From the NCBI GenBank assembly GCA_008932965.1, contig WBXG01000017.1, positions 1 through 28,682 on the forward strand: DNA of 28,682 bases. Direction: 5' to 3'. Both the position numbers and the translations under genes were made by a program. The notes under the pieces are model-generated. The model did no database searches. It saw only the letters and a program-made list of their open reading frames with translations, and was not told the origin of the DNA. The DNA comes from Verrucomicrobiota bacterium (GTDB lineage Bacteria > Verrucomicrobiota > Verrucomicrobiia > Chthoniobacterales > UBA6821). Below are positions 8,441-16,759 of this stretch, one piece after another. Numbering within the stretch: the stretch's first letter is position 1; every line of letters starts with the position of its first letter.

Positions 8441-9160
8441 CTAGGTTAAAGTATGGTGCAGTATCGAAAGCTCTTTCAAAAATTTTTCTCGAACAGAGTG
8501 GGTGTATGGATTGTAGCGGTGCATATCTCCAAAAAGCTCTTCACTGTCTGCTGTAACACTGCGAACCATTTTTTGTAGAAGTTCAAAACTAGGTGTTGAA
8601 AGGATTCCTGGTGGAGTAGTCAGCATCGGGGCTCTTCCAATAAAATGGACTAGGGCCTGCATACTGGCACTTTGCATATCATGCTCTTCTGGAGTAAGAG
8701 AGATGATTTCTAATCCCATATGTTGAAAAATCTCGATCATCTTATGAGCTCTTTCCTCTTGTGGGCTAGTACAAAGCACTATTTTGTGACCACGTGTGCC
8801 TTCTGATTTTAGTATAGAATTAGGACCAAAAAGGGGGTGTATTGCCATGATCGGTTGTTTCTGTGGAAAGAGTTCACTCATGATTTGCATGGGAAATACT
8901 TTTACAGAGCAGGTATCGACAAGAAGAGTGGAAGGGGAAATAATTTTAGCTACGTGTTTACAGCACTCTTGAAATGAAGAGATAGGAACCGCTAAAAGAA
9001 GAACCTCAGTATCTCTTAGCTCCTCTAAGGGAACTAAGCTTACACCCTTGATGAGGCTCGTCTTGAGAATAGCGTCATGGGCCATCACTTTACCATAGGG
9101 TAACAGGAGCTCTGACCAACATTGACCCAAACGTCCAAAACCTATAATTCCAAATCGCAT
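8441..9160 (-). CDS. tyrA: Prephenate/arogenate dehydrogenase.
   Basis: N-terminal Rossmann motif MRFGIIGFGRLGQ, prephenate dehydrogenase-like length, and aro operon context. Confidence 0.82.
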   Translation of the reverse strand: MRFGIIGFGRLGQCWSELLLPYGKVMAHDAILKTSLIKGVSLVPLEELRDTEVLLLAVPISSFQECCKHVAKIISPSTLLVDTCSVKVFPMQIMSELFPQKQPIMAIHPLFGPNSILKSEGTRGHKIVLCTSPQEERAHKMIEIFQHMGLEIISLTPEEHDMQSASMQALVHFIGRAPMLTTPPGILSTPSFELLQKMVRSVTADSEELFGDMHRYNPYTHSVREKFLKELSILHHTLT

Positions 9161-9219
9161 TTTATTTGGGGTGCTATATTTCTATGAATCACTTTTATCT
9201 TAGATTGTTTTTTAATGTA

Positions 9220-10311
9220 CTACTGATTCTGAGCTTTATGGAGCAGGTAATGATCCATCAAAACCAGTGCGGCCATGGCATCGACGATAGGAACTGCACG
9301 TGGCAGGACGCAAGGGTCGTGACGACCTTGAACTGAGATACTGATTTCTTCTTGAGCTACATTGAGTGTCTGTTGCTCCTTGGCAATCGTTGAGACAGGT
9401 TTAAAGGCAACACGAAAAAGGATATCCTCTCCTGTGGAAATGCCTCCTAAGATTCCTCCCGCATGATTGGTTAAGCAGCTCATTTTTTCATTTCGTAAAA
9501 TAAAAGCATCGTTGTGCTCACTTCCAAGTAAGGTTGTCCCTTCAAATCCGGATCCGATTTCAAATCCTTTCACAGCATTAATCCCAAGCATCGCTTTTCC
9601 TAAGTCAGCTGAGAGTTTGTTAAAGACAGGAGCTCCAAGTCCTACTGGAACATGACGCAGGACTCCTTGAATCACCCCACCAACGGAGTCTCCTGTCTGT
9701 TGTACTGATTCAATCAATTCCATCATGGAGGGAGCCATTAAAGGATCAGGGCAGCGCAAAGGGTTGCTTTCAATGGTCTCTGCAGAGACGCTTCGAGGAT
9801 CTATGGTCGTACGTAGTCTCGCTACTTGCTCGACATAGCTTAGAATTTCAATATTGAAATGCTGTTTCAAATATTTTTTGGCAATGGCTCCTGCAGCTAC
9901 ACGGGCCCATGTCTCTCGAGCACTTGCACGACCGCTTCCTCTGAAATCACGACGCCCATATTTTTGCTGGTAGGTGAAATCTGCATGAGAAGGTCGATAG
10001 ACATTTTTGATGGCTTCGTAATCTCCTGGACGACTATCTTCATTATAAGCAAGCAGCAAAATAGGGGTTCCCAATGTATGCCCCTCAAAGACTCCAGAGA
10101 GAATGTGGACCTGATCTCGTTCCTGGCGAGGTGTTGTCAGTGCACTTTGTCCTGGTCTTCTACGATCGCATTCGTGCTGGATCTCCTCAGGCGTGATAGC
10201 CAAACCGGGAGGGCATCCATCGATGATCACTGCCACAGCACCTCCATGTGATTCACCACAGGTAGTAATTTTAAAAAGGTGTCCGAATGTGTTCATTTTT
10301 TTATAATTCAA
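9220..10311 (-). CDS. aroC: Chorismate synthase (alternative start at 10296, MNTFG).
   Basis: NTFGHLFKITTCGESHGG, RPGQSA, RPSHAD and GRHDPCV are AroC signature regions. Confidence 0.93.
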   Translation of the reverse strand: MNYKKMNTFGHLFKITTCGESHGGAVAVIIDGCPPGLAITPEEIQHECDRRRPGQSALTTPRQERDQVHILSGVFEGHTLGTPILLLAYNEDSRPGDYEAIKNVYRPSHADFTYQQKYGRRDFRGSGRASARETWARVAAGAIAKKYLKQHFNIEILSYVEQVARLRTTIDPRSVSAETIESNPLRCPDPLMAPSMMELIESVQQTGDSVGGVIQGVLRHVPVGLGAPVFNKLSADLGKAMLGINAVKGFEIGSGFEGTTLLGSEHNDAFILRNEKMSCLTNHAGGILGGISTGEDILFRVAFKPVSTIAKEQQTLNVAQEEISISVQGRHDPCVLPRAVPIVDAMAALVLMDHYLLHKAQNQ

Positions 10312-10320
10312 AAGGGGGTA

Positions 10321-11799
10321 TCATAGTATCACTTCTTTTAAGGCCTTCAGAACGATTGTATCGTCTATTTCGTGAATGACCGATCCTTGGGTTCTATCAA
10401 CCTTACCAATCTGACTCAATAAAACGGTTCGAATCGCTCTTGAGCCTCTTTTTTTATCATAACGTGTTGCTTCGAGAAGATCATTAGGATTCATGCTGCT
10501 TAGGAGCATGGGATCTAACCCAAATATTTCATTCTGATCACCTGCGCAGACCGGGAAATCAGATGGATGCTGCGTTGAGCTCGAAGTCTTCCTCGGGCAG
10601 TAGGGACTCATACAGCCGTCGTTAGACTTCATCACTCGCCTGGCCCCATCAGCCTTCGCAGCCTCCTCGTTACGATTAGTATGAAATATCCGGGTTAATT
10701 TGAATTGATGAAAAAAATCAACGATCATGTCTGCTTCCGTTTTGGAGCAGATTCCTAGGAGTTCACTGATTTTGAGTTCGACTAATATTCCTAACCCTAC
10801 GGCATATCCATGCATGATTTTATATTGAGAAACCTGCTCCATAGCATGCCCTATGGTGTGACCAAAATTTAAAATCATCCGTTCACCAGATTCTTTTTCA
10901 TCCTTGTGAACAAGAGCCATCTTCTGTTCTACCGCCTTGATAACTACCCCCTCTAGCAAATCAAGATCTGGAATCAAAAGTTGGGCAAGATGTTCTTGTA
11001 CGAAAAAAAATTGATCTCGATCATTTGTTAGGAATATTTTAATGGCTTCCATGAGGCCATTGATCATCTGTTCTTGGGAGAGTGTTGTTAAAAAATTAAG
11101 GTCGGCAATCACTGCTGTGGGTTGCCAAAACGCCCCAATGAGATTCTTTCCATAAATCGTATTAATAGCTGTTTTTCCACCAATACTGCTGTCAACCATT
11201 GCAAGTAACGTTGTTGGTATCTGAATGTAGGGAATTCCTCGCATGTAGGTCGCTGCAACAAAGCCTGCAAGATCCCCAACGACTCCCCCTCCTAGGGCCA
11301 CGATCATTGTATTACGTCCACATTGATGCCGGAGCATTTCACCTTCAAGGCGTTCTTTTACCCTGCTGTTTTTTGATTTTTCTCCAGCTCGGAATGAGAG
11401 GAGCTGGGCCTGAAAACCACGCTGGAGTAGTTTTTCAAGCAACGCATCACCATACAGTTTTTTGACATGATGATCCGTAATTATGACCACCTTCTGCTCT
11501 AGTGAGAGAAAGGTTTCTAAGCTCTCTAGCCCGGATATTTCATGCTGATCACCTACGGAAGCCGGGAAGTTAGATGGATGCTGCGTTGATCTCGAAGTCT
11601 TCCTCGGGCAGTGTGTATACACACTGCCCGAGGAAGACTTCATCGCTCGCCTTGCCCCATCAGCCTTCGCGGCCTCCTCATCACGATCAGTATGAAATAT
11701 CCGGGTTATGATATCCCTGCCGATCAGGATCGGATACTGATAACCGGGCGCAGAGGGAAGTTCTAGATAGAGTTGTTGGGGGGTAGTTTGATGTTTCAT
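10321..11799 (-). CDS. aroB: 3-dehydroquinate synthase carrying two in-frame 60-codon hairpin-element insertions (492 aa; 372 aa without them).
   Basis: AroB motifs are intact (GGGVVGDLAGF, DSSIGGKTAIN, NFGHTIGHAME, HGYAVGLG). Two segments, [11 protein letters not shown]...DQHEISGL and TRIFHTNRNEE...DQNEIFGL, are translations of element copies I and H. Confidence 0.9.
   Translation of the reverse strand: MKHQTTPQQLYLELPSAPGYQYPILIGRDIITRIFHTDRDEEAAKADGARRAMKSSSGSVYTHCPRKTSRSTQHPSNFPASVGDQHEISGLESLETFLSLEQKVVIITDHHVKKLYGDALLEKLLQRGFQAQLLSFRAGEKSKNSRVKERLEGEMLRHQCGRNTMIVALGGGVVGDLAGFVAATYMRGIPYIQIPTTLLAMVDSSIGGKTAINTIYGKNLIGAFWQPTAVIADLNFLTTLSQEQMINGLMEAIKIFLTNDRDQFFFVQEHLAQLLIPDLDLLEGVVIKAVEQKMALVHKDEKESGERMILNFGHTIGHAMEQVSQYKIMHGYAVGLGILVELKISELLGICSKTEADMIVDFFHQFKLTRIFHTNRNEEAAKADGARRVMKSNDGCMSPYCPRKTSSSTQHPSDFPVCAGDQNEIFGLDPMLLSSMNPNDLLEATRYDKKRGSRAIRTVLLSQIGKVDRTQGSVIHEIDDTIVLKALKEVIL
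10515..10698 (+). mobile_element. Hairpin element copy H (type 1b), 184 bp, inside aroB (C-terminal third), in frame.
   Basis: CTAACCCAAATATTTCATTCTGATCACCTGCGCAGACCGGGAAATCAGATGGATGCTGCGTTGAGCTCGAAGTCTTCC...CCCCATCAGCCTTCGCAGCCTCCTCGTTACGATTAGTATGAAATATCCGGGTTAA. No stop codon in the aroB frame. Confidence 0.92.
11526..11709 (+). mobile_element. Hairpin element copy I (type 1b), 184 bp, inside aroB (after residue ~31), in frame.
   Basis: CTAGCCCGGATATTTCATGCTGATCACCTACGGAAGCCGGGAAGTTAGATGGATGCTGCGTTGATCTC...CCCCATCAGCCTTCGCGGCCTCCTCATCACGATCAGTATGAAATATCCGGGTTAT. No stop codon in the aroB frame. Confidence 0.92.
11594..11641. repeat. Perfect 48-bp palindrome at the centre of copy I.
   Basis: GAAGTCTTCCTCGGGCAGTGTGTATACACACTGCCCGAGGAAGACTTC equals its own reverse complement (checked base by base). 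The homologous region of copy L is only an imperfect hairpin. Confidence 0.95.
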
Positions 11800-11898
11800 G
11801 AGGGAACAAGTCAGTATGGTCTAACATGAGATAGAATTGCACTAGATGAAGTCCATTTCAGGTTTTGATATCAAAGCATGCAGATGTGCCTGGATTTT

Positions 11899-12978
11899 TT
11901 ATTCACAATTAAGAGGGAGTTTCAACTGCTCCTTTTTCTTCATAGCAAGGGCAAAGGCGGCAAGGAGCTCTGCTGTCTCTTGAAGATCAGAAAAATGGAT
12001 CATCTCTACGGGGGAGTGCATGTAGCGATTGGGAACTCCAATGGAAACGGTCGGAATCCCTCCTTTTTGACAAAAGATGGCATCAGCATCAGTTCCTGTC
12101 CAACGGGGATTAGTTTCTACCTGAAGTGCAATTTTTTTGCTTTTAGCAACACTGCGTAAGAGTTCATTGACGATGGGATGATTAGTGCTTCCCACACTCA
12201 GGACCGGTCCTTTACCCAAGCGCACATCACCGTGTTGCGGCTTGGAACAATTGGGGATATCTGTAGCATGAGTCACATCAACGACGAGAGCCACATCGGG
12301 ATGAATGCTATATCCTGCCATCGATGCACCATAGAGTCCATTTTCCTCCTGAATGGTGGAGACAGCAACAACAGAGGCTTTCAGATTTTTTCGATTTTTG
12401 GCAACTAGGCAAAAAGCTTCTGCAGCTGCCCAGGCCCCAATACGATTATCACAGCCTCGTGCAGCAAAGCGTCCTCCAGCGAGCTCCACAAAACCAGCAG
12501 TGTAGGTTATTGCATCACCGATATGAACGAGCTTCTCTGCTTCCTTGCGTGAGCTAGCTCCAATATCGATATACATTTCGTGGAGATGGGGGACTTTTTT
12601 GCGATCCTCCGGCTCCTGAAGATGAATTGCAAGGAGTCCTGTTACTCCTGGAATGGGGCCGCTTGAGCTATGAATCGTCACACGTTGGCCTCGCACAAGT
12701 GCCTGATCGATACCGCCGATCCCTTTGAAGTAAAGAAATCCCTCCTCAGAAATAAAGGAAACCATCATTCCTATTTCATCCATATGACCAGAAAAAAGGA
12801 TTTTTGGAGAGCCTTCAGGGTTGATTGTCGCAAAGGCATTCCCATAACTATCAACAGTGACCTGGTCTGCAAAAGGTTTTACATAGTCAATCCAAAGCTG
12901 CTGGCCACGTGTTTCAAAGCCAGAAGGAGATGGGGTTTCAAGGAGCTCTTTTAAGAAGGCACGTGATGATGGTTTCAT
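11899..12978 (-). CDS. M42 family metallopeptidase (glutamyl aminopeptidase / FrvX-like).
   Basis: FSGHMDEIGMMV, CDNRIGAWA, IQEENGLYGA and the length fit peptidase family M42. Confidence 0.88.
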   Translation of the reverse strand: MKPSSRAFLKELLETPSPSGFETRGQQLWIDYVKPFADQVTVDSYGNAFATINPEGSPKILFSGHMDEIGMMVSFISEEGFLYFKGIGGIDQALVRGQRVTIHSSSGPIPGVTGLLAIHLQEPEDRKKVPHLHEMYIDIGASSRKEAEKLVHIGDAITYTAGFVELAGGRFAARGCDNRIGAWAAAEAFCLVAKNRKNLKASVVAVSTIQEENGLYGASMAGYSIHPDVALVVDVTHATDIPNCSKPQHGDVRLGKGPVLSVGSTNHPIVNELLRSVAKSKKIALQVETNPRWTGTDADAIFCQKGGIPTVSIGVPNRYMHSPVEMIHFSDLQETAELLAAFALAMKKKEQLKLPLNCE

Positions 12979-13031
12979 AGAAAATCAAACAATATTAAAG
13001 AAAGTTTATGCAGAGCACAAGATCGTTGACC

Positions 13032-13095
13032 TTAGCCGGAACATTTCATACTGATCGCCTGAGGAAACCGGGAAGTCAGATGGATGCTGCGTTAG
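13032..13095 (+). repeat. Hairpin element copy J1 (type 1), 5' ~64 nt only.
   Basis: TTAGCCGGAACATTTCATACTGATCGCCTGAGGAAACCGGGAAGTCAGATGGATGCTGCGTTAG. It breaks off at the TA where the J2 terminus begins. Confidence 0.8.
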
Positions 13096-13190
13096 CCCAC
13101 ATATTTCATACTAGTTCGTCGCGAGGCGCTGCAAATCCTGATGCAGAAACCACCGGCAGTCGGGAGACCGCGGTGGAGACTGCCCTGGCT
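13093..13190 (+). repeat. Element-like segment J2: a TIR-like 5' end followed by a GC-rich module that is unique in this window.
   Basis: TAGCCCACATATTTCATACTAG resembles the 5' TIR. The following ~75 nt (GTTCGTCGCGAGGCGCTGCAAATCCTGATGCAG...GGCAGTCGGGAGACCGCGGTGGAGACTGCC) contain two short hairpins and match no other copy here. Confidence 0.55.
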
Positions 13191-13374
13191 TTAACCCGGA
13201 TATTTCACACTAAATCTATTACGGCTTGTGGAAAGCTCATCATTACTGCGTTGGTCTCGAATTGTGATTTGGACAGTAGGGACTCATACATCCCAGCGTC
13301 AAAATACTCGCCTGCCTGACCCCATCAGCCTTTGTGGCCTCCTCGTTACGACCAGTATGAAATTTCGATACTAA
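13191..13374 (+). mobile_element. Hairpin element copy J3 (type 3), 184 bp, upstream of purS.
   Basis: TTAACCCGGATATTTCACACTAAATCTATTACGGCTTGTGGAAAGCTC...CCCCATCAGCCTTTGTGGCCTCCTCGTTACGACCAGTATGAAATTTCGATACTAA. Its 5' module is shared with copies M, O and P. Confidence 0.88.
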
Positions 13375-13428
13375 GAAAATCATTTTATTCTTGCCGGAAA
13401 GGAGGTTGTCATAGATTTTTATAGGCTT

Positions 13429-13659
13429 ATGAAAGTTCGCATCACCATCATGCCACAAGCTGCAGTCCTTGATCCAGCGGGGGTTGCCACTGCACATGCT
13501 TTAGAACACTTGGGGCTCCATGGGGTAAGCTCTCTACGTATTGGAAAATTAATCGAGCTCGATATCGAAGGAGCCACTGAGGAAGAACTTCATCAGGCCT
13601 GTCGGGATCTCCTTTCCAATCCTGTGATGGAAGATTATTGCCTTGAGGTTATCTCCTAA
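13429..13659 (+). CDS. purS: Phosphoribosylformylglycinamidine synthase subunit PurS.
   Basis: A 76-aa protein (MKVRITIMPQAAVLDPAG...) immediately upstream of purQ and purL. Confidence 0.9.
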   Translation: MKVRITIMPQAAVLDPAGVATAHALEHLGLHGVSSLRIGKLIELDIEGATEEELHQACRDLLSNPVMEDYCLEVIS

Positions 13660-13661
13660 CA

Positions 13662-14372
13662 ATGCGTTGCGCTGTTCTTCAATTTCCTGGTTCTAATGGT
13701 GATATCGATGCCTTGGAAGCCTTGCGTTCGTTTGAAAATGTCACTGCAGAATTAGTCTGGCATCAAGAAAAGTCACTTGATTCCTTTGAGTTCATTCTTT
13801 TACCAGGTGGTTTTTCTTATGGAGATTATCTCCGGTGCGGTGCCATTGCCCGTTTTTCTCCTATTATGCAAGCAGTTCAAAAGGCTGCAGCCTCCGGCAC
13901 ATTGATTTTGGGTATTTGTAATGGCTTTCAAATTCTGTGTGAGGCAGGGCTTTTACCTGGAACACTCATACGCAATCGCAATCTTCTTTTTCGGTGTGAA
14001 GAGCGTCTTGTGCGTGTGGAAACAAGTGATTCTCCCTTCACAAAAAAAATCTCTTCTGGATCTGTGTTGCATCTTCCCATTGCTCACGGAGAGGGTTGCT
14101 ATTTTGCAAAAGAAGAAACACTTCAAGAACTCCATGACAAGGATCAAGTATTGCTGCGCTATGCTACTTCAAAAGGGGAGATAACCAAGGATGCCAATCC
14201 CAATGGCTCTTGTGAAAATATTGCTGGCATTTGCAACCAAAAGAGAAATGTTTTTGGCCTCATGCCCCACCCGGAACGCGCTTGTGACGAGCTTCTAGGA
14301 AGTACTGATGGACGTATGATTTTTGAATCGATATTAGATCATGTTCACCATGGTGCAGGTACCTCACTATAA
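13662..14372 (+). CDS. purQ: Phosphoribosylformylglycinamidine synthase glutaminase subunit PurQ.
   Basis: GATase1 motifs LPGGFSYGDYL, GICNGFQIL (catalytic Cys) and MPHPERA. Confidence 0.93.
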   Translation: MRCAVLQFPGSNGDIDALEALRSFENVTAELVWHQEKSLDSFEFILLPGGFSYGDYLRCGAIARFSPIMQAVQKAAASGTLILGICNGFQILCEAGLLPGTLIRNRNLLFRCEERLVRVETSDSPFTKKISSGSVLHLPIAHGEGCYFAKEETLQELHDKDQVLLRYATSKGEITKDANPNGSCENIAGICNQKRNVFGLMPHPERACDELLGSTDGRMIFESILDHVHHGAGTSL

Positions 14373-14404
14373 TTTAATCCCAAGGACGCATTAAACTAAC
14401 AACG

Positions 14405-16666
14405 ATGTCTTCGCTTTCATCCTCACCTCAACTCACACCTTCTATTCTTGCAGAGCAACATGGTCTCTCCAGTGAGGAGTATCAAAAAATTCTCTCTCTC
14501 TTAGGTCGCGAACCTAATCGTGAGGAGATTGGGGTTTTTTCGGTCATGTGGAGCGAGCATTGTTCTTATAAAAACTCGCGCTTGGAACTTAAAAAATTTC
14601 CCACTACTGGAAGCAAGGTGTTGGTCAAGGCTGGAGAGGAGAATGCAGGGGTCATTGATATCGGAGATGGTTGGGCTGTTGCTTTTAAGATAGAGAGCCA
14701 CAATCATCCCAGTGCTGTAGAGCCATTCCAAGGGGCTGCAACTGGTGTTGGTGGTATCATTCGTGATATTTTTACGATGGGGGCGCGCCCTGTTTTTCTT
14801 TTAAACTCACTCCGCTTTGGACCTATCTCGGGAGATTCATTACGTGCCCGTGATAATCGCCAGCTTTTCTCTGGCGTTGTCGCCGGTATTGGGCACTATG
14901 GCAATTCCATTGGTGTTCCCACCATTGGAGGAGAGGTCTATTTTGATCCTAGTTATAACGGCAATCCTTTGGTCAATGCTTTTTGTCTTGGGGTCTTAAA
15001 GCATGAGCAGATTGCTCGGGGTGCTGCCAAAGGAATTGGGAATCCTATATTTTATGTTGGAGCAGAAACGGGCCGAGATGGACTTGCGGGAGCTGCTTTT
15101 GCCTCACGCGAACTCACCGAAGAATCAAAAGCCGATCGTCCTGCAGTTCAAGTGGGGGATCCTTTTCGAGAAAAATTACTCTTAGAAGCCTGCTTGGAGC
15201 TTCTTGCAAGTGGATGTGTCGCTGGCATTCAAGATATGGGGGCAGCAGGCCTGACCTGCTCTACCTGTGAAACAGCAAGCCGTGGCGGTACCGGAGTTGA
15301 AATTGACCTTGATTTGGTTCCTAAGAGATCAGCCGATTTAACTTCTTATGAGCTTCTTTTAAGTGAATCCCAAGAGCGGATGCTCGTCATTGTTCATCAG
15401 GGCGAGGAGGCCACTGTTCAACGTATCTTTGAAAAATGGGAGCTGCCTTATGGGTTGATTGGCCGTGTGACTGATGATGGAAAGATGAAGGTAAAGCGAG
15501 GAAAGGATCTTGTTGTTGATATTCCTGCACGGACCCTTGCTGACGAGGCCCCACTGTATCAACGAGAGGCTGCCACTTGGAAGGCTCCAGCACCCCTTGA
15601 TCTCACAACGGTTGCAGAATGTGATCCTATAATCGTATTACATCAGCTCTTAGCACACCCAAGCATTGCCTCCAAACAATGGATCTGGCGTCAATACGAT
15701 CATACAGTACAGACAGGGACAGTTGTTCCACCTGGTTCAGATGCTGCTGTTTTTTATGTGCGTGAGGCCAATAAATTCTTGGCAGCAACAAGTGACTGTA
15801 ATGCCATTTATTGTTCTCTTGATCCTCACGAAGGAGCAAAAATTGCTGTTGCCGAGGCAGCTCGTAATTTAGCCTGTTCTGGAGCTGTTCCTATCGGTGC
15901 TACCGATAATCTGAATTTTGGAAATCCTCACAAACCAGAAAGTTTCTATGAGTTGCGTGCAGCGGTTGAAGGAATTTCCGAAGGATGCCGTGCTTTTGAT
16001 ATTCCCGTGACTGGGGGAAATGTCAGTCTCTACAACGAAAGTCAACTTGCCTCCATCGATCCGACTCCCACAGTAGCCCTTGTGGGCCTCATTGAGAAAA
16101 GAGAGCAGATCACAACTCAATTTTTTAAAGAACCGGGAGATGTGATTTTTTTACTTGGGGAGCTTGGGAGTGAGCTTGGAGGTTCCCATTATCTCTTAGC
16201 TTCACATGGAAGAAAAGAGGGGCTCCCTCCACGTGTTGATTTTGAATATGAGAAAGCCATTCATAAACAACTTCTTTCCCTCATTCGAGCTGGCCTGGTT
16301 CGAAGTGCCCATGATTGTTCTGAAGGAGGTCTTGCAGTAGCCCTTGCCGAAGCCTGTTTTGGAGATTCCAATAAAGCCGAAGTAAAACTTTTTGGAGCGT
16401 GTATCGATTTAGGAAAAAAAGGAATACGAGATGATGTTGCTCTTTTTAACGAATCACAGAGTCGAATTATTTTTTCAACTAAGGCCCAGCAGGTGGAACA
16501 AGTAGAGCAAGAGTTACAGGCTTCGGGTCTTCCCTTTACCCGTTTAGGAAGTGTCACTAAGGAAACAATACTCTCTATTCAACTAGATGAAAAAGAATAT
16601 AGCTGGAGCACAGAGATCTTGCATCAAAGTTGGTTTAAAGCCATTCCTCACCTCATGCAGGCTTAG
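14405..16666 (+). CDS. purL: Phosphoribosylformylglycinamidine synthase subunit PurL (FGAM synthase II).
   Basis: [34 protein letters not shown] and [13 protein letters not shown], 753 aa, directly after purS and purQ. Confidence 0.95.
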   Translation: MSSLSSSPQLTPSILAEQHGLSSEEYQKILSLLGREPNREEIGVFSVMWSEHCSYKNSRLELKKFPTTGSKVLVKAGEENAGVIDIGDGWAVAFKIESHNHPSAVEPFQGAATGVGGIIRDIFTMGARPVFLLNSLRFGPISGDSLRARDNRQLFSGVVAGIGHYGNSIGVPTIGGEVYFDPSYNGNPLVNAFCLGVLKHEQIARGAAKGIGNPIFYVGAETGRDGLAGAAFASRELTEESKADRPAVQVGDPFREKLLLEACLELLASGCVAGIQDMGAAGLTCSTCETASRGGTGVEIDLDLVPKRSADLTSYELLLSESQERMLVIVHQGEEATVQRIFEKWELPYGLIGRVTDDGKMKVKRGKDLVVDIPARTLADEAPLYQREAATWKAPAPLDLTTVAECDPIIVLHQLLAHPSIASKQWIWRQYDHTVQTGTVVPPGSDAAVFYVREANKFLAATSDCNAIYCSLDPHEGAKIAVAEAARNLACSGAVPIGATDNLNFGNPHKPESFYELRAAVEGISEGCRAFDIPVTGGNVSLYNESQLASIDPTPTVALVGLIEKREQITTQFFKEPGDVIFLLGELGSELGGSHYLLASHGRKEGLPPRVDFEYEKAIHKQLLSLIRAGLVRSAHDCSEGGLAVALAEACFGDSNKAEVKLFGACIDLGKKGIRDDVALFNESQSRIIFSTKAQQVEQVEQELQASGLPFTRLGSVTKETILSIQLDEKEYSWSTEILHQSWFKAIPHLMQA

Positions 16667-16689
16667 TAACTTGACATGAAGGGGCCAAG

Positions 16690-16727
16690 CTTCCACAAGC
16701 CATAATGGATGGAGTATGAAATATCCT
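16690..16727 (-). repeat. Hairpin element remnant P (type 3, 5' end, reverse orientation).
   Basis: TTCCACAAGCCATAATGGATGGAGTATGAAATATCC parallels TTCCACAAGCCGTAATAGATTTAGTGTGAAATATCTGGG of copy M. It supplies the upstream ATG (16709) of the maximal ispE ORF. Confidence 0.55.
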
Positions 16728-16759
16728 TTCAAGGAGACTCCACTCCTTATTTTTTCATT

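Noticed and set aside
10515-11709. The aroB inserts as inteins or group I/II introns
   Set aside because: At 60 aa / 180 nt they are far too short for an intein or a group I/II intron. There are no intein splice-junction residues (no N-terminal Cys/Ser, no C-terminal His-Asn followed by Cys/Ser/Thr). The same sequence also occurs in intergenic DNA with terminal inverted repeats.
11808-11824. GTCAGTATGGTCTAAC just upstream of the aroB start, as another element remnant
   Set aside because: Only ~9 nt match the TIR core (CAGTATG), which is too short to distinguish from chance.
14501-16557. Multiple 60-98 aa ORFs overlapping purL on either strand (and similar ones inside aroC, lnt, MBOAT and cfa)
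   Set aside because: They are fully nested in strongly supported long CDSs and have no recognisable motifs. They are typical spurious overlapping-frame and antisense ORFs.
16709-16759. ispE start at 16709 (MEYEISF...)
   Set aside because: These codons come from a repeat remnant (GAGTATGAAATATCC). The conserved IspE N-terminus (LLAPAKINL) fits the ATG at 16760.
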